A stretch of DNA of 64,000 nt, from the NCBI GenBank assembly GCA_963762255.1, contig CAVXKA010000003.1, positions 608,001-672,000 of the forward strand, written 5' to 3'. Source of the stretch: Candidatus Eiseniibacteriota bacterium (lineage in GTDB: Bacteria > Eisenbacteria > RBG-16-71-46 > JABDJR01). The notes beneath the pieces were generated by a model. The model had not been told where the DNA came from. It saw only the letters and a program-made list of their open reading frames with translations, and ran no database searches. The first letter of the stretch is position 1. Each line of letters opens with the position of its first letter. Made by a program: the position numbers and the translations under genes. Below are positions 30,085 through 39,983 of this stretch, in pieces.

Positions 30085-32271
30085 ATGAAACGCTGGTTGC
30101 CGGTCCTGGTCTTCCTTGCCGGGCTCGCCGCTCTCACCGCGGCGGCGGCGCTCACCGTGAGCCGGGGGCCGTTCGAGCGCTCGCCGGCGGGAAACGAGGC
30201 GCTCTATTGGGACGCCGCGCAGAAGGCGGCCAAGGGCGAGCTGGACGCCGTGGCTCTCTCCGTGTACCCGAGCCCGCTCTACCCGCGCTTCCTCGGTGTC
30301 TTCGCCGGAGATGACGTGCTTGCCGCCCGCACCGCGCGACGGGTCCTGACCTTCCTCTTCCTGCCCGTCCTCGGCGTGCTCGTGTACGCGTTGGCTCGGC
30401 GGCGTGCCGGCCCGTGGGCCTCGGCGGCCGCTGCGTGGCTGGCCGTTTTCGCCGCGCCGATGGTCCTATCCGCCGGGTCCTTCTCCCCCTCGATGCCGGC
30501 GGCTTTGCTCTGCGGCATCGCGCTGGTGACCCTGGATGGAAAGCGCGGCATCGTCTCGTGGGCGCTGGCCGGGGTTCTCGTCGGGCTGAGCGGACAGTTC
30601 CACGGGCTCCTGGCGTGGGCTGTCGGCGCGCTCCTCGTCGCCATGGCCGTGGCCCGTCCCAAAGAGCAACCGGGTCGCCGCGGCTGGGCGCTGAGCGTTG
30701 CCGCGTTCGCGCTTTTGTGGGTGGCCGCCTCGTGGGGCGGCGCCGCCATCGCGGGATCGCGGTCCCCGCTCCCCCCGCTGCCGGGCGTGGACGTGTACCG
30801 CGGGCATCGGGCGGAGGCATCCGGCGTGGAGCCCCGGCGAGGAGACTCCGACGCCGCGCGGTGGTGGCTGCGCCGCGATTTCGCGCGGGAATCATCCCGG
30901 CTCACCGGAGAGCGGCTGACCTCCGCGCAGACGAGCGCGTTCTGGGCGCGAAAAGCGGCCGGCGAAGCGGTTCGCCATCCCTTCGCCGAATTGAAGCGTA
31001 CCGGTGTCAAAATCCTGGCGACCTATCAAGGCGATCCCGTTCCCCGGGACGTGAGCCCCGATTTCCTGGTGGAGCGCGGAGAGACGGGGGCGCTCCCCGT
31101 TTCGATGTGGCTGGGGAGAATCGCGCTCCCCCTCGGGCTTGCCGGGCTCGTGCTGGCCCGCCGCCGCGCGGGGTGGATCCTCTGGATCGCGGCCCTGTCG
31201 GGGCTTCTGGTCGCGTTCGCCACGTTCGCGGACGCGGACTCCCGGGACCTGAGCGCGCTCGGGCTCGCTGTCGGGCTGGCGCTCTTCCTGGAGCGACTGT
31301 GGGCGTCACGGGGATCCGCACGCTTGCGGACGGCTCTTGGCGGGGTCGCCGCCGTCGCTCTCTTCGGTTTCTGGCCGGCGTTCGCAAGCATGCCCGGACA
31401 GCGCATTCAGGCGGACGACTACTTCCAGCTCGGCGCGATCTACGACCGCGAGAAGCGCGGCTCGGCGGCGATGCGCGAATACGAGCGCGCGCTGCGCATG
31501 GAGCCCGCGAACCCGCTTCCCCGGTTCGCCATCGCGGGCACGTTGATCCGCGACAACGTGACCGAGGAGGCGATCCGCGAGTTGGAGTCGCTGCGCGAGA
31601 AGAACCCGGATTACTTCTCCGGTCTCGCCATCCTCGCCCGCCTCTATGAGCGGCAGCAGCGATGGGCGGAGGCGTCATCGGTGTACGGCGATCTCATCCG
31701 CCTCGACCCGTTCAACATCGAGTACCTGAACAACCTCGGTACCATCTACGTCCAGCTTGGGTTCTACGATCAGGCGGTGCAGGCGTTTCAGTCCGCCCTC
31801 GCCATCGATCCCACCTACGAATCCGCGCAGGTGAACCTGGCCGCGCTCCAGCAGCGGGGTCTCGCGCCAGGCGGCGATGCATCCGACCCGCTGCGCACGG
31901 CCCAGGAGCAGATTCTCGGCTTCGTGCGCGTGGGAGACGCGGCGGCCGCAGACAGCGCGCTTCAGGTCGCGTATGCGCGCTTCGGAAGGACCACGCCGGA
32001 CCTCGTCTTCGTGGACGGCACGGTGCGCCTGGCCACGGGGCGGGCGGCGGAGGCGGTGCCGCTCTTCGAGTCGGTGAAGGGAACCTTCGGCAAGAGCATC
32101 ATCTTCCTCAACAACTTGGCCGCGGCCTACGCGCAGAGCGGGCGGCTCGCCGAGGCAGCGGCTACGTGGGAAGAGGCGCTGGCGGAGCAGCCTGCCAACG
32201 AGCGTATCCGGCGAAGCTTGACGCAGGTGCGCGCGCAGATGGATTCGCTGGCGGCGCGGGGCGGACGCTAG
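30085..32271 (+). CDS. GT-C-like polytopic membrane protein with C-terminal TPR array
   Basis: About 11 TM segments with EALYWDAA and SPLYPRFL loop motifs, then TPRs (YLNNLGTIY, FLNNLAAAY). Confidence 0.7.
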   Translation: MKRWLPVLVFLAGLAALTAAAALTVSRGPFERSPAGNEALYWDAAQKAAKGELDAVALSVYPSPLYPRFLGVFAGDDVLAARTARRVLTFLFLPVLGVLVYALARRRAGPWASAAAAWLAVFAAPMVLSAGSFSPSMPAALLCGIALVTLDGKRGIVSWALAGVLVGLSGQFHGLLAWAVGALLVAMAVARPKEQPGRRGWALSVAAFALLWVAASWGGAAIAGSRSPLPPLPGVDVYRGHRAEASGVEPRRGDSDAARWWLRRDFARESSRLTGERLTSAQTSAFWARKAAGEAVRHPFAELKRTGVKILATYQGDPVPRDVSPDFLVERGETGALPVSMWLGRIALPLGLAGLVLARRRAGWILWIAALSGLLVAFATFADADSRDLSALGLAVGLALFLERLWASRGSARLRTALGGVAAVALFGFWPAFASMPGQRIQADDYFQLGAIYDREKRGSAAMREYERALRMEPANPLPRFAIAGTLIRDNVTEEAIRELESLREKNPDYFSGLAILARLYERQQRWAEASSVYGDLIRLDPFNIEYLNNLGTIYVQLGFYDQAVQAFQSALAIDPTYESAQVNLAALQQRGLAPGGDASDPLRTAQEQILGFVRVGDAAAADSALQVAYARFGRTTPDLVFVDGTVRLATGRAAEAVPLFESVKGTFGKSIIFLNNLAAAYAQSGRLAEAAATWEEALAEQPANERIRRSLTQVRAQMDSLAARGGR

Positions 32272-32514
32272 CGGGGGCGGTTGCTTGCGCGGATGTGTCG
32301 GCGGATAGCCTGAAGCTCTCGTTCCGGGAACGTCCCCCGGGCGCCGAAATCCGGGCGGGTAGACGAATGCGCGCGACGGCTCATCGCACTCGGAGCCCTC
32401 AGAGTGGCTCCTCGGGCTGACACCTCGGAGCGCGACGGTGGTGGGCAACACTCCGGCGGGCGTGAGCCGGAGCTAGGGATTCGCAGTGGCGGCCCAGTGG
32501 GTCCGGGACCCGTC

Positions 32515-32563
32515 AGTAGATAAGCACAAAGGGACTAAAGTAGTCCCTTTGTGCTTATCTACT
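32515..32563. promoter_or_regulatory. Perfect 23-bp inverted repeat with 3-bp spacer; probable AbiEi operator
   Basis: AGTAGATAAGCACAAAGGGACTA-AAG-TAGTCCCTTTGTGCTTATCTACT just upstream of abiEi. Confidence 0.85.
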
Positions 32564-32639
32564 TGCGATGCTCCCTCGGTGCCCCGTACCCTTCCGGCAT
32601 GCGACCCCGCAAGCGGAAGAGGTCGCAGGAGGGCCCATT

Positions 32640-33452
32640 TTGCGTAAAAACCCGCAGGATCTGGGTGGAAGCCTTGCGGCGTTGGTGGACTCCTACCAGG
32701 CCACCGGCCGCTACGTCATGACGCGCGAGCAGGCCGTCGCGGCTCTCGGGATATCCGCGGAGGCACTCAAGAAGGCGGTCCAACGCCTGGTGGCCAAGCG
32801 TCGCCTCGCCGTTCCTCGTCGCGGGTTCTTCGTCATCGTCCCTGTCGAATACCGCCAGGCTGGAGCGCCGCCGCCGAGTTGGTACATCGACGACCTGATG
32901 AAGTTCTGCGGCCAGCGGTACTACATCGGCCTGCTCAGCGCTGCGGCACTGCACGGCGCGGCCCACCAGCAGCCACAGGAGTTCCAAGTCGTCACCGACG
33001 GGCAGGTCCGTCCGGTCGTGGCGGGCCGCGCGCGCATCCGGTTCTTTCGGAAGCTCCGTATCGAGTCGACCCCGACCATGGAGATGAAGACGGAGACAGG
33101 CGCCATGCACGTCGCCACACCGGAGGCAACCGCCCTCGACCTGTTGCGATACGTGAAGGGAGCGGGCCAGCTTGGACACGTGGCCACGGTGCTGGAGGAG
33201 CTTGCTGGGACGGTAGACGCCGAGCGCCTCGTCGAGGTCGCCGAGCTGGAGGAGGACCTGCCGAGCGCGCAGCGCCTGGGCTACCTGCTTGCTGAGGTCG
33301 GAACCGGCGATGTCTGGGCACCCCTTGCGGCGTGGATTGCGGACCAACGCCCGCGGTACGTCGCTCTCCGACCCGGGAGATCCACCCACCGTGCGAGAAA
33401 GAACGAGCGCTGGCGGGTGCTCGTCAACGAGAAGATCGAGGCCGAGGCGTGA
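32640..33452 (+). CDS. abiEi: Type IV TA antitoxin, AbiEi family transcriptional regulator
   Basis: RRGFFVIVPVEY, YYIGLLSAAALHGAAHQQPQEFQV, ATPEATALDL, QRLGYL, RWRVLVN; TTG start after GGAGG. Confidence 0.88.
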   Translation: MRKNPQDLGGSLAALVDSYQATGRYVMTREQAVAALGISAEALKKAVQRLVAKRRLAVPRRGFFVIVPVEYRQAGAPPPSWYIDDLMKFCGQRYYIGLLSAAALHGAAHQQPQEFQVVTDGQVRPVVAGRARIRFFRKLRIESTPTMEMKTETGAMHVATPEATALDLLRYVKGAGQLGHVATVLEELAGTVDAERLVEVAELEEDLPSAQRLGYLLAEVGTGDVWAPLAAWIADQRPRYVALRPGRSTHRARKNERWRVLVNEKIEAEA

Positions 33453-34279
33453 TCCCGCGCGCTCACATCACGGCCTGGCGCTCCCAGGCGCCATGGTCCA
33501 CCGACGCGCAGGTGGAGCAGGATCTCGTCATCTGCAGGGCGCTCACCGATCTGTACTCGGACGAGCTCCTGGCCCGCGAAATCGCGTTCCGCGGGGGCAC
33601 AGCCCTCCATAAGCTCCACATCGACCCGCCGAGTCGCTACTCCGAGGACATTGATCTCGTCCAGGTCCACGCCGGTCCCATCGGACCGATGCTGAACGCC
33701 ATGCGCACCCGACTCGACCCGTGGCTCGGGGAACCGCAATGGAAACAGGGACAGGGTCGCGTGACCTTCTACTACCGGTTCGAATCGGAGACCCGACCCG
33801 TCACCCCGCTCAAGCTCAAGGTCGAGATCAACACGCGGGAGCACTTCTGCGTCCTCGGTTTACGTCGGATGCGCTACATGGTGGACAGCCCGTGGTACAC
33901 CGGAGCGACGAGCGTACTCACCTATGAGCCCGAGGAACTTCTGGGAACCAAGCTGCGGGCACTCTACCAGCGCAAGAAGGGGCGGGATCTCTTCGATCTC
34001 TCGGAGGCGCTCACACGCCTGACCGGTCTCGACGCCGGGAAGGTGGTCGCCTGCTTCACGCGGTACATGGAGCACGACGGCCGGCGCGTCACCCAGACGC
34101 AGTTCGAAAGGAATATCGCCGATAAGATCGAGGACGCGATCTTTCTCGGTGACGTGCCGCCACTGCTCGCGCTCGGCGTCTCGTTTGAGCCTCCGGCAGC
34201 GCTTCGACGGGTACAAGACGCATTCATCTCTCGCCTGCCTGAGGGTGCGTCCCGGAAGAGGAAACGTCGCAAGCAATAG
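33449..34279 (+). CDS. abiEii: Type IV TA toxin, AbiEii/AbiGii nucleotidyltransferase
   Basis: QVEQDL, AFRGGTALHK, RYSEDIDL, KVEINTREH, GTKLRALYQRKKGRDLFDL; GTG overlaps the antitoxin TGA. Confidence 0.92.
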   Translation: MIPRAHITAWRSQAPWSTDAQVEQDLVICRALTDLYSDELLAREIAFRGGTALHKLHIDPPSRYSEDIDLVQVHAGPIGPMLNAMRTRLDPWLGEPQWKQGQGRVTFYYRFESETRPVTPLKLKVEINTREHFCVLGLRRMRYMVDSPWYTGATSVLTYEPEELLGTKLRALYQRKKGRDLFDLSEALTRLTGLDAGKVVACFTRYMEHDGRRVTQTQFERNIADKIEDAIFLGDVPPLLALGVSFEPPAALRRVQDAFISRLPEGASRKRKRRKQ

Positions 34280-34435
34280 TCGCAAGTGCCCCCGGCAAAC
34301 AGACAACGCAAGAGTAGAGACTATCGGTCTCACGAGTCATTTCCCCACGCACGATTCGTCCCTGGTCCATGCACTTGTGGAGCGAGCCCTCGTTCGCGGG
34401 TCCGGATGAAGGGCGAGGACTCCCCCGGCCGCAAC

Positions 34436-35287
34436 CTATAGGGGCCGCAGTATTGCCCCGTAGCTGGAGGTGAGCCACTCCTCGACGAGCGGGTTCCGGA
34501 GCCAGCCCCGCTCCCGGATCGGCCCCGGGCCGTAACAGCGTTCGGCCTCCAGCGCCCAGACGCCGTCCTCCCGCACCCAACGGCGGAAATCGGCGATCCG
34601 GATGGTGTGCACGTCGTTTCGGAAGAAGTCCACCATGTCGCGGGAGAGCGCGTCCGCTGCGGCGCGGCCCTCGGCGGTGGACGCGCGCGCCGCGTCGAGC
34701 CGGCACTGGGCGACGACCGCCGCCTCCAGGGTGTCCCGGCTGAACAGGAGCTGACACCAGGGGAGACGAATCACCTGAGTGAGGTGGCTCCCCCGCGGCG
34801 CGCCCCAGGGGTTGAAGACCAGGACAAACCGCCCCTCGGGCCGCAGGCACCGGCGGAAGTCCCGAAGCATCTCCCGCGGCTTCCCCACATGCTCGAGAAG
34901 ATCGGTGCAGACCACCCGGTCGAAGGCGGCGTCGGCGAAGGGAAGGCGGGCGGCGTCGGCGGCCACCTTGACGATCCTCTCCAACCCCTGTGAGCGATGG
35001 TAGTCCATCGCCCGCCGGAGATGGACCATCGAGAGGTCCACTCCCACGATCCTCTCAAGGCCTGGCGTGGCCTCGGCGAGGCGATGCGTCCGCCCGCCGC
35101 TTCCGCAGCCCACATCCAACAGCGAGGTGGGCGGGCTCCCCCCGACTTCCTTCCACAGGTCGAGCAGAAAGCCGCTGGTCGCGTACTGCCAATCGGCGTG
35201 AGTGGTCCCCCCGGGGAGGCCCGGGAGGGCGGGCGAGGGGAAGATTCGGTTGGCGGCCAGGAGCGCCTGAACACCGAGACGACTCAT
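34436..35287 (-). CDS. Class I SAM-dependent methyltransferase
   Basis: LLDVGCGSG, GVDLS, ADAARLPFADAAFD, LEHV, LRPEG. Confidence 0.88.
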   Translation of the reverse strand: MSRLGVQALLAANRIFPSPALPGLPGGTTHADWQYATSGFLLDLWKEVGGSPPTSLLDVGCGSGGRTHRLAEATPGLERIVGVDLSMVHLRRAMDYHRSQGLERIVKVAADAARLPFADAAFDRVVCTDLLEHVGKPREMLRDFRRCLRPEGRFVLVFNPWGAPRGSHLTQVIRLPWCQLLFSRDTLEAAVVAQCRLDAARASTAEGRAAADALSRDMVDFFRNDVHTIRIADFRRWVREDGVWALEAERCYGPGPIRERGWLRNPLVEEWLTSSYGAILRPL

Positions 35288-35321
35288 GCGCACCGGCCCT
35301 TTCGGGACGGACGGCGCGTGA

Positions 35322-37304
35322 TCAACGATCCACCGGAATCGCATCCTCGCGGAAGCGTCGGAGCTGCTCGCGGTACGCCGGCGCGTCCGCCAGCCGCAGC
35401 GCATCCTCCTCGACCCGTACCGCCTCATCGCGCCTGCCCTGCCGGAAGAGCGTCTCCGCAAGCGTGTCCAACCACTCCGCGTTCGCGCCATCCAGCGCCA
35501 CCGCGCGGCGCGAGAGCGATTCGGCTTGCGCAGCGCCGGCAAGCTTCGTGGCCAGCAGCCACGCCAGGTTGTTCAGGGCGGCGCCGTCTTCGGGGCGCAG
35601 CTCAACCACCCGGCGCCACGCCTCGGCGGCTCCAGCGTCATCGCCCAGGCGCTGGGCGGCCGTCGCCAGGTTGTGCCACGCGTCGGCCCGCTCCGGCTCA
35701 TGTTGCGCGATCTCTGCGAAGCGCGCCCTTGCGTCCGCCGCGCGGCCGGTGTTGAGCCAGAGCACTCCTTCGTTCATCAACGACACCATATCGCTCGGAT
35801 TCAGGCGGAGCGACTCGGCGAGCGGCGCCCGCGCCTCCTCCCATCGTCCGGCCTGCATGTGACCGGTTGCAAGCTGGGCCCAACTCTCCTCGTAGTCGGG
35901 CGCCAACTCCACCGCGCGCTCGAACGCATGGATCGCTTCGTCGGTGCGCCCCTCGTCCTGATAACTGCGCCCGAGGTTGTACCACGCGCGGGGGGCACGC
36001 GGCTCGGCACGCACCGAGGCCTCGAAGAGTGCGATGTCGTCATGCCAAGCCGGCAGATACGCAGCGGCGCGCACGGCATACGCCGCGCAGAGCGCGACCA
36101 TGAGGAACGCGAAAACCACGCCCGCACGCGGCGGGCGCACCGGTCTGCGCGGATCGCGCGCGGCCAGGCGAAGCGCCTTCTCACCCCGGTCGCGCGCGGG
36201 ATCGAGGAAGAACGCGGCGAGCGCGGCCAGCACAAGGCACCATCCCGCCGACGGCCAGTAGAGCACGCGATCGGCGAGTACGGTGCCGAGCGTGAACACG
36301 AGGTTCATGACCAGAAGCGCGGAAACAAGGACCCACACCGCGCCGACCAGCGCGGCGGGACGGCCGGGCAGCGCGAGGTTGCGCCCGCCCCAGAGCGCCG
36401 CCGCCAGCGCGCCGCCCAGGAGCAGCACCCCCCCCCAGAGTCGCGGGTCGAGGAGGCTTCCGGTCACTGCCACCGCCGGACCGGAGAAGTCCGGCGCGAG
36501 CGTGACCGGGAAGACGAGGTGGACGAGATCGAGGCCGACCACGCGCAGGCCGCCCAGCACGCGATCCACACCGTGCAACGCCACCAGCGGATTGTCGAAC
36601 GGCGTGACCGTCGCGCCGGGTGCGTTGAGCCAACCCCCGAGCACATGGCGGCGAAGCGCGAGATGCGCGGCGATCCCGATCGCGTACCCCGCCCACGCGG
36701 GCCGCGCCGCCCGCACGCTGCGACCGCGCGCTATGTCGAGAGCGGCGGCGAAGAAGGGAAGCGCCCACGCGCTCTCCTTCGTACCCGCGGCGAGAAAAGC
36801 AAGCACCGCCGCCCATGCGATCGCGCCGCGCCGCGCGCCGCCCCGGTCGTGAAGGATCAGGGCAAGCAGCATCCAGAACGCGGCCAAGAGCTCCGCGCGC
36901 CCCACCAGCCCCGCGACCGCCTCCACGTGCACCGGATGAACGGCGAAGAGAAGTCCGCCAAGCGCGGCGGGAAGCGAACCGAGACCCAGCATAAGGAGCA
37001 ATCGCACGAGCAGGAACGTCACCGCGGCGTGGAGGAGCACGTTCACCGCGTGGCGGGCGGGAAGCGGCAGGTCGGCCTTCCCCTCCAGCCAGAACGTGGT
37101 GCTCAGGATCGGGCGGAAGAGGCCGCCGCGCTCCGCGGTCCCCCAATAGGGTTGCGACCACACATCGCCGAAGCCGCGCGTCTCCGCGACCCCGGGTGCA
37201 GTGACCTGGTGTATGTCGTCGAAGGTGCGGTCGTATCGAAGGGTCGGCGCGTAGAGCGCGAGCGCGGCGAGGACCGGCAGCACCAGGGCAAGTAGGCGGT
37301 TCAT
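35322..37304 (-). CDS. TMTC-like GT-C membrane protein (DUF1736-type) with TPRs
   Basis: FDD, YW..LFRPI, HAVNVLLH, LFAVHPVHVEAVAGLVGRAELL, KES, DNPL, PVTLAPDFS, LADRVLYWPS, W.DDIALF, then TPRs. Confidence 0.8.
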   Translation of the reverse strand: MNRLLALVLPVLAALALYAPTLRYDRTFDDIHQVTAPGVAETRGFGDVWSQPYWGTAERGGLFRPILSTTFWLEGKADLPLPARHAVNVLLHAAVTFLLVRLLLMLGLGSLPAALGGLLFAVHPVHVEAVAGLVGRAELLAAFWMLLALILHDRGGARRGAIAWAAVLAFLAAGTKESAWALPFFAAALDIARGRSVRAARPAWAGYAIGIAAHLALRRHVLGGWLNAPGATVTPFDNPLVALHGVDRVLGGLRVVGLDLVHLVFPVTLAPDFSGPAVAVTGSLLDPRLWGGVLLLGGALAAALWGGRNLALPGRPAALVGAVWVLVSALLVMNLVFTLGTVLADRVLYWPSAGWCLVLAALAAFFLDPARDRGEKALRLAARDPRRPVRPPRAGVVFAFLMVALCAAYAVRAAAYLPAWHDDIALFEASVRAEPRAPRAWYNLGRSYQDEGRTDEAIHAFERAVELAPDYEESWAQLATGHMQAGRWEEARAPLAESLRLNPSDMVSLMNEGVLWLNTGRAADARARFAEIAQHEPERADAWHNLATAAQRLGDDAGAAEAWRRVVELRPEDGAALNNLAWLLATKLAGAAQAESLSRRAVALDGANAEWLDTLAETLFRQGRRDEAVRVEEDALRLADAPAYREQLRRFREDAIPVDR

Positions 37305-37415
37305 ATCGGAGAACTCTACGAGGATCCGCGCGTGGAGGCTAGGGGCGCGAGCAGGCCCGCCGGCCGGGCACGCGCGACGCCCGCCGCGCGCCCGCCGGAC
37401 CGACGCCCCCGACGG

Positions 37416-39014
37416 CTACTGGATGTACGGGATCGCCTTGAGCGCCTCGCGCTCCTGATCGGTAAGGGTCGACGGCGGCGGCCGGTCGAGCAGGAATCCC
37501 TCCACCGGCTCCACGCTGGGCGGATGCGCGGCGAGAAAATCCGGATCCATCGCCTCGGTGAGCACGCGCCCGTCCACGTCGTCGGGGATCGGCTGGCGCA
37601 TGATGGCCAGAAGCGTGGGCATCACGTCCAGGATCCGGGCGCCCTTGAAATCGCCGCCGCGAGCGAGACGCTCGCGCAACGTGCCGCCGCCGCCATGCTT
37701 CATCTGAGGCCCGCGCACGGCGATGATCCCCTCGGGGCGGTGATACGCAGAGAAGGAGGTCGTCCACACGTCCTGGATGACGGGTACCCCCACCGAGTCC
37801 GGCACCCCGCGGGTCACGAAGTACTTCGCCGTCTCGTCGAAGATCACGTCGGGAGCCTTCTCCATCATGCGCCCGGTGTAGATGTCTTCGCGCCGGTACA
37901 CGTGCTCGAACGGGCAGAGCCCGGTCTGGGGATCCTTCAGTTCCTTGCACATCACCTGGAACTTGTCGATGAACGCCTCGCGATCCGAGGAGCCGCTCAA
38001 CGTCCCGTCCAGGGTGTAGTGGAGAAGGCCGTTGGTGATCATCATGGACGGAATGGCGTGGGTGGTGAGCCACGCCGGCAGATCGGTCTCGGGGAGCCAG
38101 TTCGCCATGTTCACCTGGCGATAGATGGCGTCGAACCCGTGATCCGACATGATCAGCACGGTGGCGTCTTTGGGGAGCAGGGCCATCATTTCGCCGAACG
38201 TCTTGTCCTCCAACCTCCAGAGGTCAAGGATCGCGTTGCCGAACTTCGCTCCGCCCTCCGGCGTGTAGCCGGGGTGGTTCTTGTCCATGTACTTCCAGAA
38301 GAAGTGCTGGACCTTGTCCGTGCCGGTGAAGACGAGCCAGCAGAAGTCGTAGTTGCCGGTACCGAGCCAGTCGAGGGCCACGCGCCGGCGCGCCTCCTCC
38401 CCCTTCATGAAGTCGGCAAACAACGTCTCGGGGGTGCGCCCGAACATGTTGAGGCCGAGGTAATCGAGCGGGTAGTCCTTGAGCTTCGCGTGCAGCTCTG
38501 GCGGATAGGTGATGTTCACGTCGCCGCTCGGGAAGGGGAAGCCGCTGATCATCTCCCCGCGCACCGGATCGGGCGGGTAGGTCATGGGCACGTTCATCAC
38601 CGCGACGCGTTTCCCGACGTCGGAGAGGAGCATCCAGATCGGTTGCGCGCGACGGTGGGTGGCGGTCTCGATGAGCAGTTCTCCGCTGGCGGGGTCGATC
38701 TTCTGGAAGTCGAAGATGCCGGTCTTACCCGGGTTGCAGCCGGTGTAGCCGGAGGTCCAACAGACCGGGCTCAAGATAGGGTGTACGGTGGTGAGGCCGC
38801 CGATCTCGGCGGTCTCCAGGAACGCCTTCAGGTTGGGCAGCTCCCCCGCCTCCATCCACGGCACAAGCAGATCCCAGTCCGCACCGTCCAAACCGATGAC
38901 GACGACGGGCGCCTGGCGGCTCTTGCCGCAGCCGGGAAGGAGGGCGGACAGGGTGACGAGGGCCGCGGCGAGAGCGACGGCCAACGCGGCCAAACGAAGA
39001 GGGCGCAATTGCAT
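37416..39014 (-). CDS. Alkaline-phosphatase superfamily (type I phosphodiesterase/sulfatase-like) lipoprotein
   Basis: Lipobox LPGC; VIGLDGADW, SPVCWTS..TGCNPGKTGIFDF, DKVQHFFW, MSDHGF, HRPEGI, DVMPTLL. Confidence 0.85.
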   Translation of the reverse strand: MQLRPLRLAALAVALAAALVTLSALLPGCGKSRQAPVVVIGLDGADWDLLVPWMEAGELPNLKAFLETAEIGGLTTVHPILSPVCWTSGYTGCNPGKTGIFDFQKIDPASGELLIETATHRRAQPIWMLLSDVGKRVAVMNVPMTYPPDPVRGEMISGFPFPSGDVNITYPPELHAKLKDYPLDYLGLNMFGRTPETLFADFMKGEEARRRVALDWLGTGNYDFCWLVFTGTDKVQHFFWKYMDKNHPGYTPEGGAKFGNAILDLWRLEDKTFGEMMALLPKDATVLIMSDHGFDAIYRQVNMANWLPETDLPAWLTTHAIPSMMITNGLLHYTLDGTLSGSSDREAFIDKFQVMCKELKDPQTGLCPFEHVYRREDIYTGRMMEKAPDVIFDETAKYFVTRGVPDSVGVPVIQDVWTTSFSAYHRPEGIIAVRGPQMKHGGGGTLRERLARGGDFKGARILDVMPTLLAIMRQPIPDDVDGRVLTEAMDPDFLAAHPPSVEPVEGFLLDRPPPSTLTDQEREALKAIPYIQ

Positions 39015-39049
39015 GAGTTCAGCTCCAGCGACGTGATAACGAAGGACGG

Positions 39050-39114
39050 GTGCTCACCCGGGTGATCATCCGGGTGATCATCCGGGCCGAGTGCTCACCC
39101 GGGTGATCATCCGG
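39050..39114. repeat. Cluster of short palindromic direct repeats
   Basis: GTGCTCACCCGGGTGATCATCCGG twice (39050, 39091) plus an extra GTGATCATCCGG unit. Confidence 0.7.
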
Positions 39115-39200
39115 CGGACCGATAAGTATACCCGATCCCCGCCGGCCCGCGCGCGGCAGGAGGCGGTTGGGGCCCGATCGTTCGCGATGGACTCCGCGCG

Positions 39201-39926
39201 TCAGTACGCGCGCTTGATCGCCCCCCACGTGCTCCGCACGACCGGCGTGTCCCGGATGCAATCCGTCCCAGAGTGTGTGCAGGGGTTGCAGCCGCCGTAC
39301 GAGGAGACAGCGTGGAAGCCAACTGATCCAACGGTGGACCAGCAACAGCGATAGGTGGTCGAGCCGTCGCAGTCCACGACAGCCAGCACCGGGTTAACTC
39401 CAAGGTTCCAATCCGGGGTGACCTGGAAGACGTCCTCGGTGTACGCGTAGAGATAGAACGCGCCGGCGACGGCGTGGACGCCATAATCAGCGATCACAGC
39501 GCGCTGGCAGTTGGTGTCCGCAGACCACACAATGCGATTGCCGCCCCCGGCTGCCGGCCACTCGCCGTGGATACCGGCGTCGGGGAACTCCTGATCGGCG
39601 CACAGCGTCCAACCGAACACGTCCACGCCTTGGGCCACGGTGGGGTTGTAGTAGATGCCGCAGGTGGCACCGGCGACACCCGCAACGGCATATGCTTGCG
39701 CGATGACCAGATACACGTCGGTGGTTCTGCGGACAGGCCACTCGGTGTTGTAGTCGTCACAACTGATGGTCGGCTTCCAGGTGGTGCACGTCGTAGCCGA
39801 CTTGGTCGTGTGGGCCCTGGCGCAGAGCGCAAACACCGCGCCGTCCTGGGTACCCGCGTCCACGCTCGGCGATGCAGCCAGCGAGGCCGCGAACGCGACC
39901 ATCACGCAGAGATAGAGAGCTTTCAT
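39201..39926 (-). CDS. Secreted Cys-rich protein, TWGxxKxxY-tail paralog 1
   Basis: Signal peptide; GVDVFGWTLCAD, GGGNRIVW, GVHAVAGAFYLYAY; ends PVVRSTWGAIKRAY. Confidence 0.8.
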   Translation of the reverse strand: MKALYLCVMVAFAASLAASPSVDAGTQDGAVFALCARAHTTKSATTCTTWKPTISCDDYNTEWPVRRTTDVYLVIAQAYAVAGVAGATCGIYYNPTVAQGVDVFGWTLCADQEFPDAGIHGEWPAAGGGNRIVWSADTNCQRAVIADYGVHAVAGAFYLYAYTEDVFQVTPDWNLGVNPVLAVVDCDGSTTYRCCWSTVGSVGFHAVSSYGGCNPCTHSGTDCIRDTPVVRSTWGAIKRAY

Positions 39927-39983
39927 GGGCGCCTCGAGCGTGCACGGGGGTAGCGGTGGCGCCGGGAGCCTCAACGGACTCTA

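Noticed and set aside
32272-34435. IS element or transposon carrying AbiE
   Set aside because: No transposase, terminal repeats or target duplication seen; the palindrome is better explained as an operator
39050-39114. Mini CRISPR array
   Set aside because: Only two 24-nt copies 17 nt apart, the spacer is itself mostly repeat-derived, and no cas genes are present
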